Assembly: GCA_035301445.1 (NCBI GenBank)
Contig: DATGUH010000153.1
Coordinates: 8,196-72,195 of the forward strand
Direction: 5' to 3'
Origin: Pseudogracilibacillus sp.
GTDB lineage: Bacteria > Bacillota > Bacilli > Bacillales > Amphibacillaceae
Length of the DNA: 64,000 nt
The translations under genes were made by a program, and so were the position numbers. A model generated the notes under the pieces. That model made no database searches. It had not been told where the DNA came from and saw only the letters and a program-made list of their open reading frames with translations. This document shows positions 51,229-61,149 of the stretch, piece after piece; position 1 is the stretch's first letter, and each line of letters starts with the position of its first letter.

Positions 51229-51268
51229 GGCGCAGCGACGAGGAGGCTGAAATCGTCCCCGTAGAAAA
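51229..51268. repeat. Partial third copy of the hairpin element
   Basis: GCGCAGCGACGAGGAGGCTGAA is identical to 51038-51059. Confidence 0.8.
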
Positions 51269-51397
51269 CACGATAACCAATTCTGATGAATTTTTAAGTT
51301 ATTTGTTCATAAACATTTTACGCATACATTCACATGTCATTTACTGTATGTTCTTGCCTTATTCAGGTTAAAATAAAGATAGGAGGTGGTCTTACAG

Positions 51398-52546
51398 ATG
51401 AAAAGACTATTACTATTCCTCGTCATTCTCGGACTGTTGTACAGCGCAAAACCTTATTGGGAAAAGCCTGTTTCACAATATATTGACCTTGATTTTTTAG
51501 AACCAGTTGATGCGTCGATTGAGAAAGTGATGACAAGTGAACTTGTTGTCAAAACCGTTCATTTTGTGAATGATACAGTGAAAAAGGTAACGCATTTTTT
51601 TGTAGATGATGAAAAGGAAGGAAAGCCAGAAAAAGTGGCAGATCGGGAACTTTCACAAGATGAAAAACCGATTCTAACTGAACCTGTATCCACACACATT
51701 TCTATTCATAATATTGAAATCGGCATGCCAAAAACGACTGTGGAAGCCTCTCTTGGTCGTCCAGCTGATGCTTCTTTAAATGAATATGGAACGATGTGGC
51801 ATACGTATCACAAACAATACAACCAGTTTATGATGGTTGCATATGATGAACAAGATGATGTTCAAGCACTTTATACAAATGATGACTTAATTGCGACGAC
51901 AGAAAAAGTTGGTTTTAATAGTTCCAAGCAGCAAGTGCGAGCGCAATTTGGAGAACCTTTAACAGAAATTAAACGCGGGTTAAAAATCTACGTATTGAAT
52001 GAAGATAATGATTTTGACGTCTTTAAAGTAGATGATGTTTATATGTACGTGTTTTATGACGTCCATCGTGAAGAGAAAGTGACCGCTATGCAAATTGTTT
52101 CAGCCACAACAGAAGAACAAAAGCAAGATGTATACGCCGCGTCAAGTGAAGCATTACAAGAAGGATTTGAACGGCAATTATTCCACCTAACGAATGCAAG
52201 TCGTGTGCGTCATCAACTCGCACCTTTAGATTGGCATGAACATGCGTCCAAAACTGCTTATCGACATAGTGTGGATATGGCTGAGCAGAACTATTTCAGT
52301 CATCAAAATCTACAAGGACTTTCACCGTTTGACCGTATGCGCGAAGACGATATTTCCTTTCGTACAGCTGGCGAAAATTTAGCGTATGGACAAGCTAGTA
52401 GCATTTTTGCCCATGAAGGCCTGATGAACTCTGCTGGCCATCGAGAAAATATATTGCAAGACATGTATACGCATCTTGGCATTGGCGTTTCATTCAATGA
52501 AGAACAACAACCATATTTCACAGAACTATTTTTAAGTCCTTCTTAA
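51398..52546 (+). CDS. CAP/SCP domain protein with CAP-associated N-terminal domain (YlbC-like)
   Basis: LFHLTNASR, HSVDMAEQNYFSH, GENLAYG, LMNSAGHRENIL. Confidence 0.87.
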   Translation: MKRLLLFLVILGLLYSAKPYWEKPVSQYIDLDFLEPVDASIEKVMTSELVVKTVHFVNDTVKKVTHFFVDDEKEGKPEKVADRELSQDEKPILTEPVSTHISIHNIEIGMPKTTVEASLGRPADASLNEYGTMWHTYHKQYNQFMMVAYDEQDDVQALYTNDDLIATTEKVGFNSSKQQVRAQFGEPLTEIKRGLKIYVLNEDNDFDVFKVDDVYMYVFYDVHREEKVTAMQIVSATTEEQKQDVYAASSEALQEGFERQLFHLTNASRVRHQLAPLDWHEHASKTAYRHSVDMAEQNYFSHQNLQGLSPFDRMREDDISFRTAGENLAYGQASSIFAHEGLMNSAGHRENILQDMYTHLGIGVSFNEEQQPYFTELFLSPS

Positions 52547-52965
52547 GGTAATTCCAAAATGAAATGGTGGAAATAATACGTGCCAATGTAAATGAGTATT
52601 GAACCTATAAAACCCACGAAAAATAGAGAACCAACTAGAAAATAAATACTTCCTCTTTGCGTAAATGTATCGATCACCATTTCGTTTGGATTATTAGGAT
52701 TATAATACACTTGAACTTGCTTGCCATCCTTCCAAGGGGTTCTTTGAGAGATATTCGATTGTACTTCATACTGCACCCCGTCCACTTCATAACGGACAAT
52801 TGGCTTTGGATAACCAAGTCCATATGAAGAATTTTCAACAGCAATGGCATTGATTTTCTTCCAGTTCTGTACTTTTAAACGCTTTTTTATGCCCATCGTC
52901 AATAAAATCATCGCTACGAGTAATAGACTCGAACTGATGATAAGTACCGGTATAATTTGATCCAT
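52543..52965 (-). CDS. DUF3592-like membrane protein
   Basis: TM segment, PIVRYEVDG...VQVYYNPNNP, TM segment. Confidence 0.7.
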   Translation of the reverse strand: MDQIIPVLIISSSLLLVAMILLTMGIKKRLKVQNWKKINAIAVENSSYGLGYPKPIVRYEVDGVQYEVQSNISQRTPWKDGKQVQVYYNPNNPNEMVIDTFTQRGSIYFLVGSLFFVGFIGSILIYIGTYYFHHFILELP

Positions 52966-53037
52966 TTAGCATCTCTTCCCTTCCAATGAAAAAAGGAAGG
53001 TTGTCCACCATACGTCAATGGAACAACCTTCTTCTTT

Positions 53038-53721
53038 TTACTCACTTAATAAAATTTTCTCTAATGTCATCGGTGAAACAGCTTCACCATCTTTATACGC
53101 ACGCATATTTCCACCTGAAATTTCATCAATTAACATCAATTCGCCATTTGCATCACGGCCAAACTCTAATTTAATATCATATAGTTCTAATCCTTTTGTT
53201 GTCAGAACCTCTTTTACAACACCCGAAATCGTTTTTGTTAAATCCACTAATACGGCATATTCTTCAGATGTTAAAATGCCTAATTGCGCTAAACCGTCCT
53301 CGTTAATTGGCGGATCATTGCGCTCATCATCTTTTAACGTCACTTCTACAAATGCATTCAAAGGTTGCCCTTCTTCACAATAAGCTCCATAACGTTTTAA
53401 AAAGCTTCCAACTGCACGATAGCGACAAATGACTTCCACACCATGCCCAAACATCGTCGCATTTTTAACAAGCATCGTTGCGTCTTCATTATTTGACTCG
53501 ACAAAATGTGTTGGTATCCCTTGCGCTTCAAGTTTCTCAAAGAAATATGTTGTCATACGTAAACCTGATTGACCCATTCCATCAATGGTTAATCCAACTG
53601 TATTGGCACCCGGATCAAATACACCATCTTCACCTGTTACATCATCTTTGAATTTTAATAGTACATGGTGATCATCTGCTGCATATACATCTTTTGTTTT
53701 ACCGCTATATAATAGTTTCAT
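53038..53721 (-). CDS. purC: SAICAR synthetase, stand-alone copy
   Basis: LYSGKTKDVY, EVICRYRAVGSF, KDDERNDP, DIKLEFG, LIDEISGGNMR. Confidence 0.85.
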   Translation of the reverse strand: MKLLYSGKTKDVYAADDHHVLLKFKDDVTGEDGVFDPGANTVGLTIDGMGQSGLRMTTYFFEKLEAQGIPTHFVESNNEDATMLVKNATMFGHGVEVICRYRAVGSFLKRYGAYCEEGQPLNAFVEVTLKDDERNDPPINEDGLAQLGILTSEEYAVLVDLTKTISGVVKEVLTTKGLELYDIKLEFGRDANGELMLIDEISGGNMRAYKDGEAVSPMTLEKILLSE

Positions 53722-53758
53722 CCGTCTAACCCTCTCTATATGACCAAATTTTCGACCG

Positions 53759-53802
53759 ATAAGCGAACGTTATCATCTATACTTATAATAATATTCGTTT
53801 TT
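53759..53802. promoter_or_regulatory. PurR binding site (paired inverted PurBoxes)
   Basis: CGAAC-N24-ATTCG arrangement matching the B. subtilis GAAC-N24/25-GTTC PurR motif, upstream of purC. Confidence 0.7.
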
Positions 53803-53862
53803 AAGGAAAATTACAATCATTCTCCTTCAATTTTTTCCTTGTACCTGCAAATTATATGCACC

Positions 53863-54945
53863 TTATCTCACTTGATTGCGCCCTTGTCGTTTCGATTCGT
53901 ATAACTTATCATCTACTCGCTTTAATAATGAATCAATCGTATCTCCTTCTTCATACGCCATCACACCAAAACTCGCGGTTACATGACCAACTTCGGTAAA
54001 TGAATACTGCTCAATCGCTTTCCTTAACTGTTCAGCAATTTTAAACGCTTCCTTTTTCGATGCTTCTGTAACGACAATAAACTCTTCACCACCCCAGCGC
54101 CCAAAAAATTGATTTTCTCCAATTTCCTGTTGGATACAAATGACGATTTCTTGGAGGACTTGATCTCCTACAAGATGTCCATACTGATCATTAATATCCT
54201 TAAAATAATCAATATCAAAAAAGATAATTGAAAACGTTGACTGCGGTGCACGTTCGAAAAAAAGTGCTAACCATTCATCCATTTGATAACGATTACCGAT
54301 GTGTGTTAATGGGTCGATATATAATTGCTTTTTCATCGCTTCCATTTCCGCTTCTTTTTGAATCATTTTCATCGCATAAATTAAAATGACAATATATGAA
54401 AAGGTCGCAATCGTTAATTGAATAAAGAACGCTAACGCATGTGATGAAAAACGCTCAAAATAAATCCACACGGGTGTCATCGTAACGACCAATAAAAAGG
54501 CAGATAACGTCATGGCCATACGCTTTTTTAATACAGCGAATGTGTACATAACAACTAATGGCAACCAAATAACAAATAAGCCATCCCCTAAAATCCCTAC
54601 ACCCGATGCAAAATTTCGTGCAAATGAAAATGTAGCCATTGCGAAGTATATATACAGTAAAATTAAAATCGTATATTCCATAATCATCGTCCATTTATTC
54701 CAATAAGCTGTAAACCAACCGACAGTAAAAGCGATGATGAATAATACATTCATATAAAATGCAAAGTTTAACTGTTGATCATGCCATTGAAAATACACGG
54801 TAAAAATGGATGTTAATAAAATGCACGGTAACACAATTAAATATACTTTACGCTTTAATTGTTGAAAGTTCATGTTGCTCCATTTCATCTTTCCAATTCC
54901 TTCTCTCATATCATTCGTTTTTTTACGTAATTCATCGTTGTTCAT
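53863..54945 (-). CDS. Membrane-bound diguanylate cyclase (GGDEF domain)
   Basis: About 5 TM segments plus DPLT..GNR, DIDYFK.IND.YGH..GD, RWGGEEF. Confidence 0.9.
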   Translation of the reverse strand: MNNDELRKKTNDMREGIGKMKWSNMNFQQLKRKVYLIVLPCILLTSIFTVYFQWHDQQLNFAFYMNVLFIIAFTVGWFTAYWNKWTMIMEYTILILLYIYFAMATFSFARNFASGVGILGDGLFVIWLPLVVMYTFAVLKKRMAMTLSAFLLVVTMTPVWIYFERFSSHALAFFIQLTIATFSYIVILIYAMKMIQKEAEMEAMKKQLYIDPLTHIGNRYQMDEWLALFFERAPQSTFSIIFFDIDYFKDINDQYGHLVGDQVLQEIVICIQQEIGENQFFGRWGGEEFIVVTEASKKEAFKIAEQLRKAIEQYSFTEVGHVTASFGVMAYEEGDTIDSLLKRVDDKLYESKRQGRNQVR

Positions 54946-55080
54946 ATCCTTTTATGAGCCTACCCCTTTTTATAATCCCTACACGAGGGAGAGGCGTATG
55001 TATCACTTTATTTGCTTTATTTTTGCAATATGACATAATTAAAAGGTTATCATTATTTTTTTATTTATAAGGAGGCTGCT

Positions 55081-55944
55081 ATGTTCTTTTTAGAAGCAAA
55101 ACGGGTAATTGTGGTCATCTTTAGTGCGCTATTACTCGCCATTTCATTAAATTTCTTTTTAATTAACGCAAACGTCTATGCAAGTGGATTTACCGGTGCC
55201 GCGCAGCTTGCTTCTAGTGCATTTGCGGACTTTCTAGGCATTCACATTACAACCGGAACCATTTTGTTATTGATGAATATTCCTGTCTTTATTTTAGGTT
55301 GGTTTAAAGTCGGAAAAGGCTTTACTGTATACAGCATTTTATCCGTAATTTTTGCAACTTTTTTCTTAGAAGTGTTGCCAATTCTATCGCTATCAGATGA
55401 CATCATTTTAAATGCAGTTGCGGGTGGTGTAATCGGTGGTACTTCTGTTGGGTTAGCATTAAAATGGGGTGCATCAACGGGAGGACTTGATATTGTTGCC
55501 ATGGTCTTATCAAGATTAAAAGACCGTCCTGTCGGCATTTACTTCTTAATCTTAAATGGTGTAATTATTGTCCTTGCCGGCATTTTATATGAACCAGAAA
55601 ATGCACTTTATACACTCATTACACTTTATGTGACTACAACCGTAATCGATGCCATTCATACACATCATGTAAAAGTCACTGCGATGATTGTGACCCAAAA
55701 GCCAGACGAATTACAACAAGCCATTCATCATAAAATGGTGCGAGGGATTACCATCATTCCTGCTAAAGGTGCTTATTCCAAAGAGGATCGAAGTATGCTA
55801 TACCTTGTTGTAACACGTTATGAATTATATGATTTAGAACAAATTATTAAAGAAGCAGACCCACTAGCATTTACAAACGTTGTACAGTCTATTGGGATTT
55901 TCGGCCACTTTAGAAAAGACGGCGAAAAAATCGAAAACGCTTAA
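55081..55944 (+). CDS. YitT family membrane protein
   Basis: ASGFTGAAQL, GASTGGLDIVA, RGITII.AKGAYS, DPLAF. Confidence 0.88.
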   Translation: MFFLEAKRVIVVIFSALLLAISLNFFLINANVYASGFTGAAQLASSAFADFLGIHITTGTILLLMNIPVFILGWFKVGKGFTVYSILSVIFATFFLEVLPILSLSDDIILNAVAGGVIGGTSVGLALKWGASTGGLDIVAMVLSRLKDRPVGIYFLILNGVIIVLAGILYEPENALYTLITLYVTTTVIDAIHTHHVKVTAMIVTQKPDELQQAIHHKMVRGITIIPAKGAYSKEDRSMLYLVVTRYELYDLEQIIKEADPLAFTNVVQSIGIFGHFRKDGEKIENA

Positions 55945-55995
55945 AGCAATGATTGGTCAATGGCCAGCCATTGCTTTTTTCTTTATCAGATGTCA

Positions 55996-56571
55996 TTATT
56001 CTCGCCGCACAGTCATCCCTTTATGTTCTACTAAGTTCGACTCATAAACCATTAAGTAACAATCTTCTCGCTTTCCTTCATGCGCTTCCCATTCAGGCAA
56101 AATATACATTTTTTTAAATCCACATTTTTCATAACAATGAATTGCGCGGTCATTCCATACTTGTGGGTCGATCACAACTCGATCGGCATGTTTCACTTTG
56201 CATAAATAATGCGTGACCAGTTTCACTAAACGCGTGCCAAGTCCTTGATTCCAACACGACGGTTCACCAATGAACTGGTCCATTCCATATATCAATTCTT
56301 TTTGTTTGCCGTATCCATAAGCTTTACGCTGCATTTTGGAAAGTGAATAATATTGGATATAACCAATGGGGCGGTGATTATATTGCACTAAACATCTCGT
56401 TATCACTGATGATGGTTGAAAATATTTTTCTTGAATTTTTTCTAATGTATACTGTTGATCACGGCCTTCATAATACCGTAAAACATTTTTATCTGTTAAC
56501 CAATTTAATAAATAGATTTCATCACCCGATCGCAATGGGCGAATCGAGACAATCCCTTTCTTTACATACAT
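55996..56571 (-). CDS. GNAT acetyltransferase, AAC(6')-Ie-like
   Basis: WLTD..VL.YY.GRD, YGMDQFIGEP..W..G.GTR, DP...N.RAI..YEK.GF, LPE.E.HEGKREDCYLM.Y; RBS GGAGG before ATG 56571. Confidence 0.82.
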   Translation of the reverse strand: MYVKKGIVSIRPLRSGDEIYLLNWLTDKNVLRYYEGRDQQYTLEKIQEKYFQPSSVITRCLVQYNHRPIGYIQYYSLSKMQRKAYGYGKQKELIYGMDQFIGEPSCWNQGLGTRLVKLVTHYLCKVKHADRVVIDPQVWNDRAIHCYEKCGFKKMYILPEWEAHEGKREDCYLMVYESNLVEHKGMTVRRE

Positions 56572-56708
56572 ACAATCACATCCCTCCGAAAAGCAAATGT
56601 CTCTATTTCTCTTTGCCTCTACTATTCTATTACCAATTTCAAGGACCTTTACTCCTATTTTGGAAAATAAAACAGTGCCGCACATAATTATATGCACAGC
56701 ACTGTTTT

Positions 56709-57914
56709 TTAATTTATTTTTTGTAAAATCACGACTTTCAAATAATTCATTTCTGGAAATTGACGCATTGTCCTAAAGTCATTTGGCAATCCATATTCTT
56801 CTAAAATTTTATATTTCGTCTTCGTCGTTTTACATGCTTGGTCGATAAACGCCTTAAACTTTTTCATGCCAAAAGAAGCATTGTTCGTCGAGGCAACAAT
56901 AATGCCATTTTTTTCTGTAATTGCAATGGCATCCTCCATTAACTTTGGATAATCTTTTGCTGTACTGAATGTACGTTTTTTCGATCGTGCAAAGCTTGGC
57001 GGATCTAAAATGACAAGGCCAAACTTCAGTTCATGACGTTTCGCATAACGGAAATAATCAAATACGTCAAAAACACGAATTTCTTGTTGCTCATAATCAA
57101 TCCCGTTTACACTAAACTGTTCAATTGTTTTCGCTTCACTACGACTAGCAAGGTCAACACTAATCGTTTTAGTCGCCCCTCCAAGTGCTGCAGCTACCGA
57201 GAATGCCCCCGTATACGAAAACGTATTTAAGACTTGTCGGCCATCCGAATATTTATCACGAATGACTTTTCGAACGTCACGCTGATCTAAGAAAATCCCT
57301 GTCATCGCACCGTCATTTAAATCCACCGCAAAATGCATGCCGTTTTCTTTAACAATAATCGGAAAATCCCCGCGTGTTCCTTGTACAAAGTCATCTTGTT
57401 CAATATATTGACCGGATGTATCGAATCTTTTCTTTTCATAAATTCCTTTATACTCAGTTAGCTGTTCTAAAGCTTGATACACGAAGTCTTTGAAAGAATA
57501 AATCCCTTCACTATACCAACTTACCATAAAATAGCCGTCATAATAGTCAATGGTAACGCCACCGATCCCATCTCCCTCGCCATTAAATACGCGAAATGCT
57601 GTCGTTTGTGGATCATTAAAATAATGTATACGTTTATGAAGGGCTGCAGATATCTTTGCATTAAATAATGGAAAATCGATTTCTTCCTCTTCTTTTCTCG
57701 TTAACACCCAACCGATGCCTTTATTTTGTTCGCCATAATAACCTTTTCCATAAAAGCGTCCTTTGCGATCAACCAGTCGAATGATGCTGCCTTCTTTTCC
57801 TAATGCTTGTGCATTCAATACACCATTTCGCGGAATTAAAGGATGCCCTTTTTTCACAAGTTCTTCCGATTTTTCATTTAACTGTATATCAATGATTGTA
57901 TGCAATATTGTCAT
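56709..57914 (-). CDS. RlmI/YwbD family SAM-dependent rRNA methyltransferase
   Basis: FRVFNGEGDGIGG, TGIFLDQR, LNTFSYTGAFS, ILDPPSFA, YLK. Confidence 0.9.
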   Translation of the reverse strand: MTILHTIIDIQLNEKSEELVKKGHPLIPRNGVLNAQALGKEGSIIRLVDRKGRFYGKGYYGEQNKGIGWVLTRKEEEEIDFPLFNAKISAALHKRIHYFNDPQTTAFRVFNGEGDGIGGVTIDYYDGYFMVSWYSEGIYSFKDFVYQALEQLTEYKGIYEKKRFDTSGQYIEQDDFVQGTRGDFPIIVKENGMHFAVDLNDGAMTGIFLDQRDVRKVIRDKYSDGRQVLNTFSYTGAFSVAAALGGATKTISVDLASRSEAKTIEQFSVNGIDYEQQEIRVFDVFDYFRYAKRHELKFGLVILDPPSFARSKKRTFSTAKDYPKLMEDAIAITEKNGIIVASTNNASFGMKKFKAFIDQACKTTKTKYKILEEYGLPNDFRTMRQFPEMNYLKVVILQKIN

Positions 57915-57998
57915 CCATTCTATTTGTTATTTTCTTTATTATCGCATGTTTCCAGAAAAAGTGCGACGTGAAAAGATCTCCTTTGCACATGAACGTAC

Positions 57999-60179
57999 TT
58001 ACTGTTCATGATGATTTTCCGGTCGTTTCTGTTCCTTCAGTAACGTTTTCGAATACATTAATCCGCCAATGCCAACACCGATAAAGAGGAATGCGCGAAT
58101 TAAAATAGATATGGCGAATAAGTCGATAAAGAATAACTTGAATATGCTCATAAACAATAAAAACACGCCACCATATTTCACGGCTTTCCATGTTAAGAGT
58201 CGGCCGATTGATATTGAGACAAACGTAAAGATGAGCAAAATCGCCGTGTGTAATAGAAAATAAAATTCACGTTGCATATCTATATATAACGCAATAGATA
58301 TATACCATTTATTGATAAAAATAAAGAGAATGATTTGCAACATAAATCCCCATGAAGGGAGTGTTTTTGCCAACTTTGGTGATGTCCAGTAAAATTTCTT
58401 TTTCAAAATCGCTATTACAATTAAAACGAGAATCCCAGCGTATAAAAGCTGTACGAAAAAAGCGAAGGAGACCGATTGTTTTAAGTAACCTTGTGCAAAT
58501 GTGTAAATTGAAGAAAATACCATTGGAATCCCTAGTAAGAAATATAAGATGCAAGCCGCATGGACAATATATTTCCCATGTTGCCATTTGTAAAACTGAT
58601 ACATTGCGACAAGCACTGTCATCCAAACGAGGAAATACACATGCCTCGTCGTCACTTCTGAATGGTACACAAATACATCTTGCGAAACGATCAATTGAAC
58701 AAGCCTCGTAATATAAACGAGAAGTACGATTTGTGCCGCAATGAGCCAACGATCAAAATATTGTACCTGATCATGCAGCCACACTGGTGGTGAATCGTAA
58801 AGTGTATAGAAAAACAAAATGACTGAACCTAGTAAGATGAGCCACCCGATATGTTCAATTGAGAACACATGTGGAATGAAAAATGTTCCAACCACGGACA
58901 CCGCTGGAATTCCATAAACAATTGCGCCACTCACGAGCGTCCGTAACGATTCAAATTTCAATCCAATCCAAATACTAACGGTACCTGTGATTAACAATGA
59001 TAAAATGGTCATTCGCTCATCATCTAATCGCAACGTTACAAAAAACATCGCAATTGCTAATACCGAAACAGCTGAAAGAATACTTGCCAACTGAAGTTCT
59101 TTCTGACGATATACATAATAAGTAAGTACAATATAAATGACTGCAAAGGTGCTATACATCCATAACTGTTCCGTTTGCGTTAACATTTGGAACCAACCAA
59201 TCGCAAAAAGAACATTCGTGTAAATTAACGTTTCCGTAAATACATCACGCGGAATTTTGCGCATGAGATAGAATATCACAATCGCCGCATGTTGAATGCA
59301 TATAACGGTTACAATAAGCCAACGTTGATGGTCACTACTGTTCATCAACATATTGAAGAAAACCGTCAAATGGAATAATAAAAACGTTAGATAAAACGTA
59401 TATTTATGTTGTTCTTTAATCGATACATAAAATAAAGATAAAAATAACAGTAAAATATAACTATAAAATAGTGGTGCGTTAACCATAACTTCTTCCAACA
59501 AATACGGTAGTAAAAATCCGGCAATTGCTGAAAATAACGTCAGTACTTCAATTTTTGTTCGATTCGACAACCAAACACCAAATACGACATAGCCGATTCC
59601 GATGAACATAGCGATTGTTACTGGAAAATAACCGTATAAATAATGCGCGGCAAAGGTCGTTAACATACCGATTGCAATAATTCCGCCCAATAATGTTCCG
59701 CCGAAAATGGTATGCCCTTGTCGCATATATTTCATTCCTAAAAAGTACAACAACACAGTTGCACCATAACCTCCGACAATACGAAATGCATCTGTTAACA
59801 ATCCATAATCTGAAGCAACTTTTAATCCCCATAAAACACCAAGCAATAAAATGAACATAAACATACGTGGCAACCATTTACCTAATAACTGTTCAAAGTC
59901 GATTGGCTCACGTGTGGAAGCTACTTTTTCTTGTTGCATCGATTGTGCAGCTGTTACTGGTACTTTTTCTTGCACTTGATCTACACGCTTGCTTTCTTTC
60001 TCTTCATTTGTCGCGAGTGGGGATTTCAAACGCACTTCTTCTGTTGGCAAGTGCTCTACTTGTGTCGCATCTTGCTTCGACTTCATTGGATGCTCAACTG
60101 AACGCTCTGTTTTTAATAAAGAAACTTCGTGTTCTAATTGCTCAACCCGCCTTCGCAACGCCTCTAATTCATCTCTCAT
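57999..60179 (-). CDS. DUF2339 family polytopic membrane protein
   Basis: N-terminal coiled coil, FEQLLGKWLPR, many TM helices, C-terminal KLFFIDL. Confidence 0.8.
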   Translation of the reverse strand: MRDELEALRRRVEQLEHEVSLLKTERSVEHPMKSKQDATQVEHLPTEEVRLKSPLATNEEKESKRVDQVQEKVPVTAAQSMQQEKVASTREPIDFEQLLGKWLPRMFMFILLLGVLWGLKVASDYGLLTDAFRIVGGYGATVLLYFLGMKYMRQGHTIFGGTLLGGIIAIGMLTTFAAHYLYGYFPVTIAMFIGIGYVVFGVWLSNRTKIEVLTLFSAIAGFLLPYLLEEVMVNAPLFYSYILLLFLSLFYVSIKEQHKYTFYLTFLLFHLTVFFNMLMNSSDHQRWLIVTVICIQHAAIVIFYLMRKIPRDVFTETLIYTNVLFAIGWFQMLTQTEQLWMYSTFAVIYIVLTYYVYRQKELQLASILSAVSVLAIAMFFVTLRLDDERMTILSLLITGTVSIWIGLKFESLRTLVSGAIVYGIPAVSVVGTFFIPHVFSIEHIGWLILLGSVILFFYTLYDSPPVWLHDQVQYFDRWLIAAQIVLLVYITRLVQLIVSQDVFVYHSEVTTRHVYFLVWMTVLVAMYQFYKWQHGKYIVHAACILYFLLGIPMVFSSIYTFAQGYLKQSVSFAFFVQLLYAGILVLIVIAILKKKFYWTSPKLAKTLPSWGFMLQIILFIFINKWYISIALYIDMQREFYFLLHTAILLIFTFVSISIGRLLTWKAVKYGGVFLLFMSIFKLFFIDLFAISILIRAFLFIGVGIGGLMYSKTLLKEQKRPENHHEQ

Positions 60180-60264
60180 TTTTCACACCCCTTTATGAAA
60201 AAATGCCATCCAACTCATTGTATGAATGGCATTGCTTATTTATTGAAAATGAACACATCTGACG

Positions 60265-60996
60265 TTATTTCCTTTTCCTTGCATATACCCCCATTGCAGT
60301 ACACATAAACGCAGCTAACCCTTCTCCAAACTGATCAATATTTTTTGTAAAGCGCTCATCCGCGACATACATTTGTCCTAAACCCGCAAAAGCATCCAAA
60401 GAATACGTACCGATTTCATTTAATAGCACATACCATTCATGAATGGCTGCTTGGACCTCTTCAGAAGTTGGTTCAAGATGACGGACACGGGCCAGCTGTT
60501 CATATATGTCATTCATCTTTGCACTGAAAACCGCTTCTTTTCCGGCGATTTTCTCTTTTGATTGTTGAACAGCATCTTCTCCCCATTTTTGGATTGCTTC
60601 TTGTTCATATTGTCGATCATTGAAATTAAACCCTTTAAATTTCTCTTCATTCGTCATTATATAGTCTCCTTTTTCTTGTAGAATTGCTTTATCAATTGTT
60701 TCAATCATTTGTTCAAGCTGCTCTTTTTTATTCAATAATGCTTCTTTTTGATATTGAAACGCTTCAAGTCGATTGAAAGTTGGACTGTCCAATAGTTGTT
60801 TTATGGTATCCAATGAAAATCCGAGTGCTTTAAAAAACAAAATTTGCTGCAATGTATTCAGATTTTGTTCTGAATAGACTCGATATCCTGCTTCCGTTAA
60901 CTCATCAGGTACGAGCAAACCGATGGCATCATAATGATGTAATGTTCTAATACTTACACCTGCAAGATTCGCAAGTTCTTTAACGTGCATCTTCAT
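60265..60996 (-). CDS. MerR family regulator with TipAS domain (Mta-like)
   Basis: GVSIRTLHHYD.IGLL..GYRVY; YEQEAIQKWG, GLGQMYVADERF. Confidence 0.9.
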   Translation of the reverse strand: MKMHVKELANLAGVSIRTLHHYDAIGLLVPDELTEAGYRVYSEQNLNTLQQILFFKALGFSLDTIKQLLDSPTFNRLEAFQYQKEALLNKKEQLEQMIETIDKAILQEKGDYIMTNEEKFKGFNFNDRQYEQEAIQKWGEDAVQQSKEKIAGKEAVFSAKMNDIYEQLARVRHLEPTSEEVQAAIHEWYVLLNEIGTYSLDAFAGLGQMYVADERFTKNIDQFGEGLAAFMCTAMGVYARKRK

Positions 60997-61013
60997 TCAC
61001 CTCCTACGACTTC

Positions 61014-61044
61014 ATCATAAAGTCTGACGTTACGTGAGTGTCAA
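61014..61044 (-). promoter_or_regulatory. MerR-type autoregulated promoter with 19-bp spacer and dyad
   Basis: TTGACA-N19-TATGAT with dyad TCACGTAACGTCA in the spacer. Confidence 0.85.
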
Positions 61045-61149
61045 TCATTTATCATTGGACATGATCAGTTGGATTGATGTGTTCAGTTTTTTAATGAATC
61101 ATTCAATGCTTTTATAGCAAATCCGCAAAAGAAAAACCTCAGACATAGG

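Noticed and set aside
50896-51371. ORFs 50896..51084, 51183..51371 (and 39658..39903)
   Set aside because: Spurious frames running through the GC-rich hairpin repeat.
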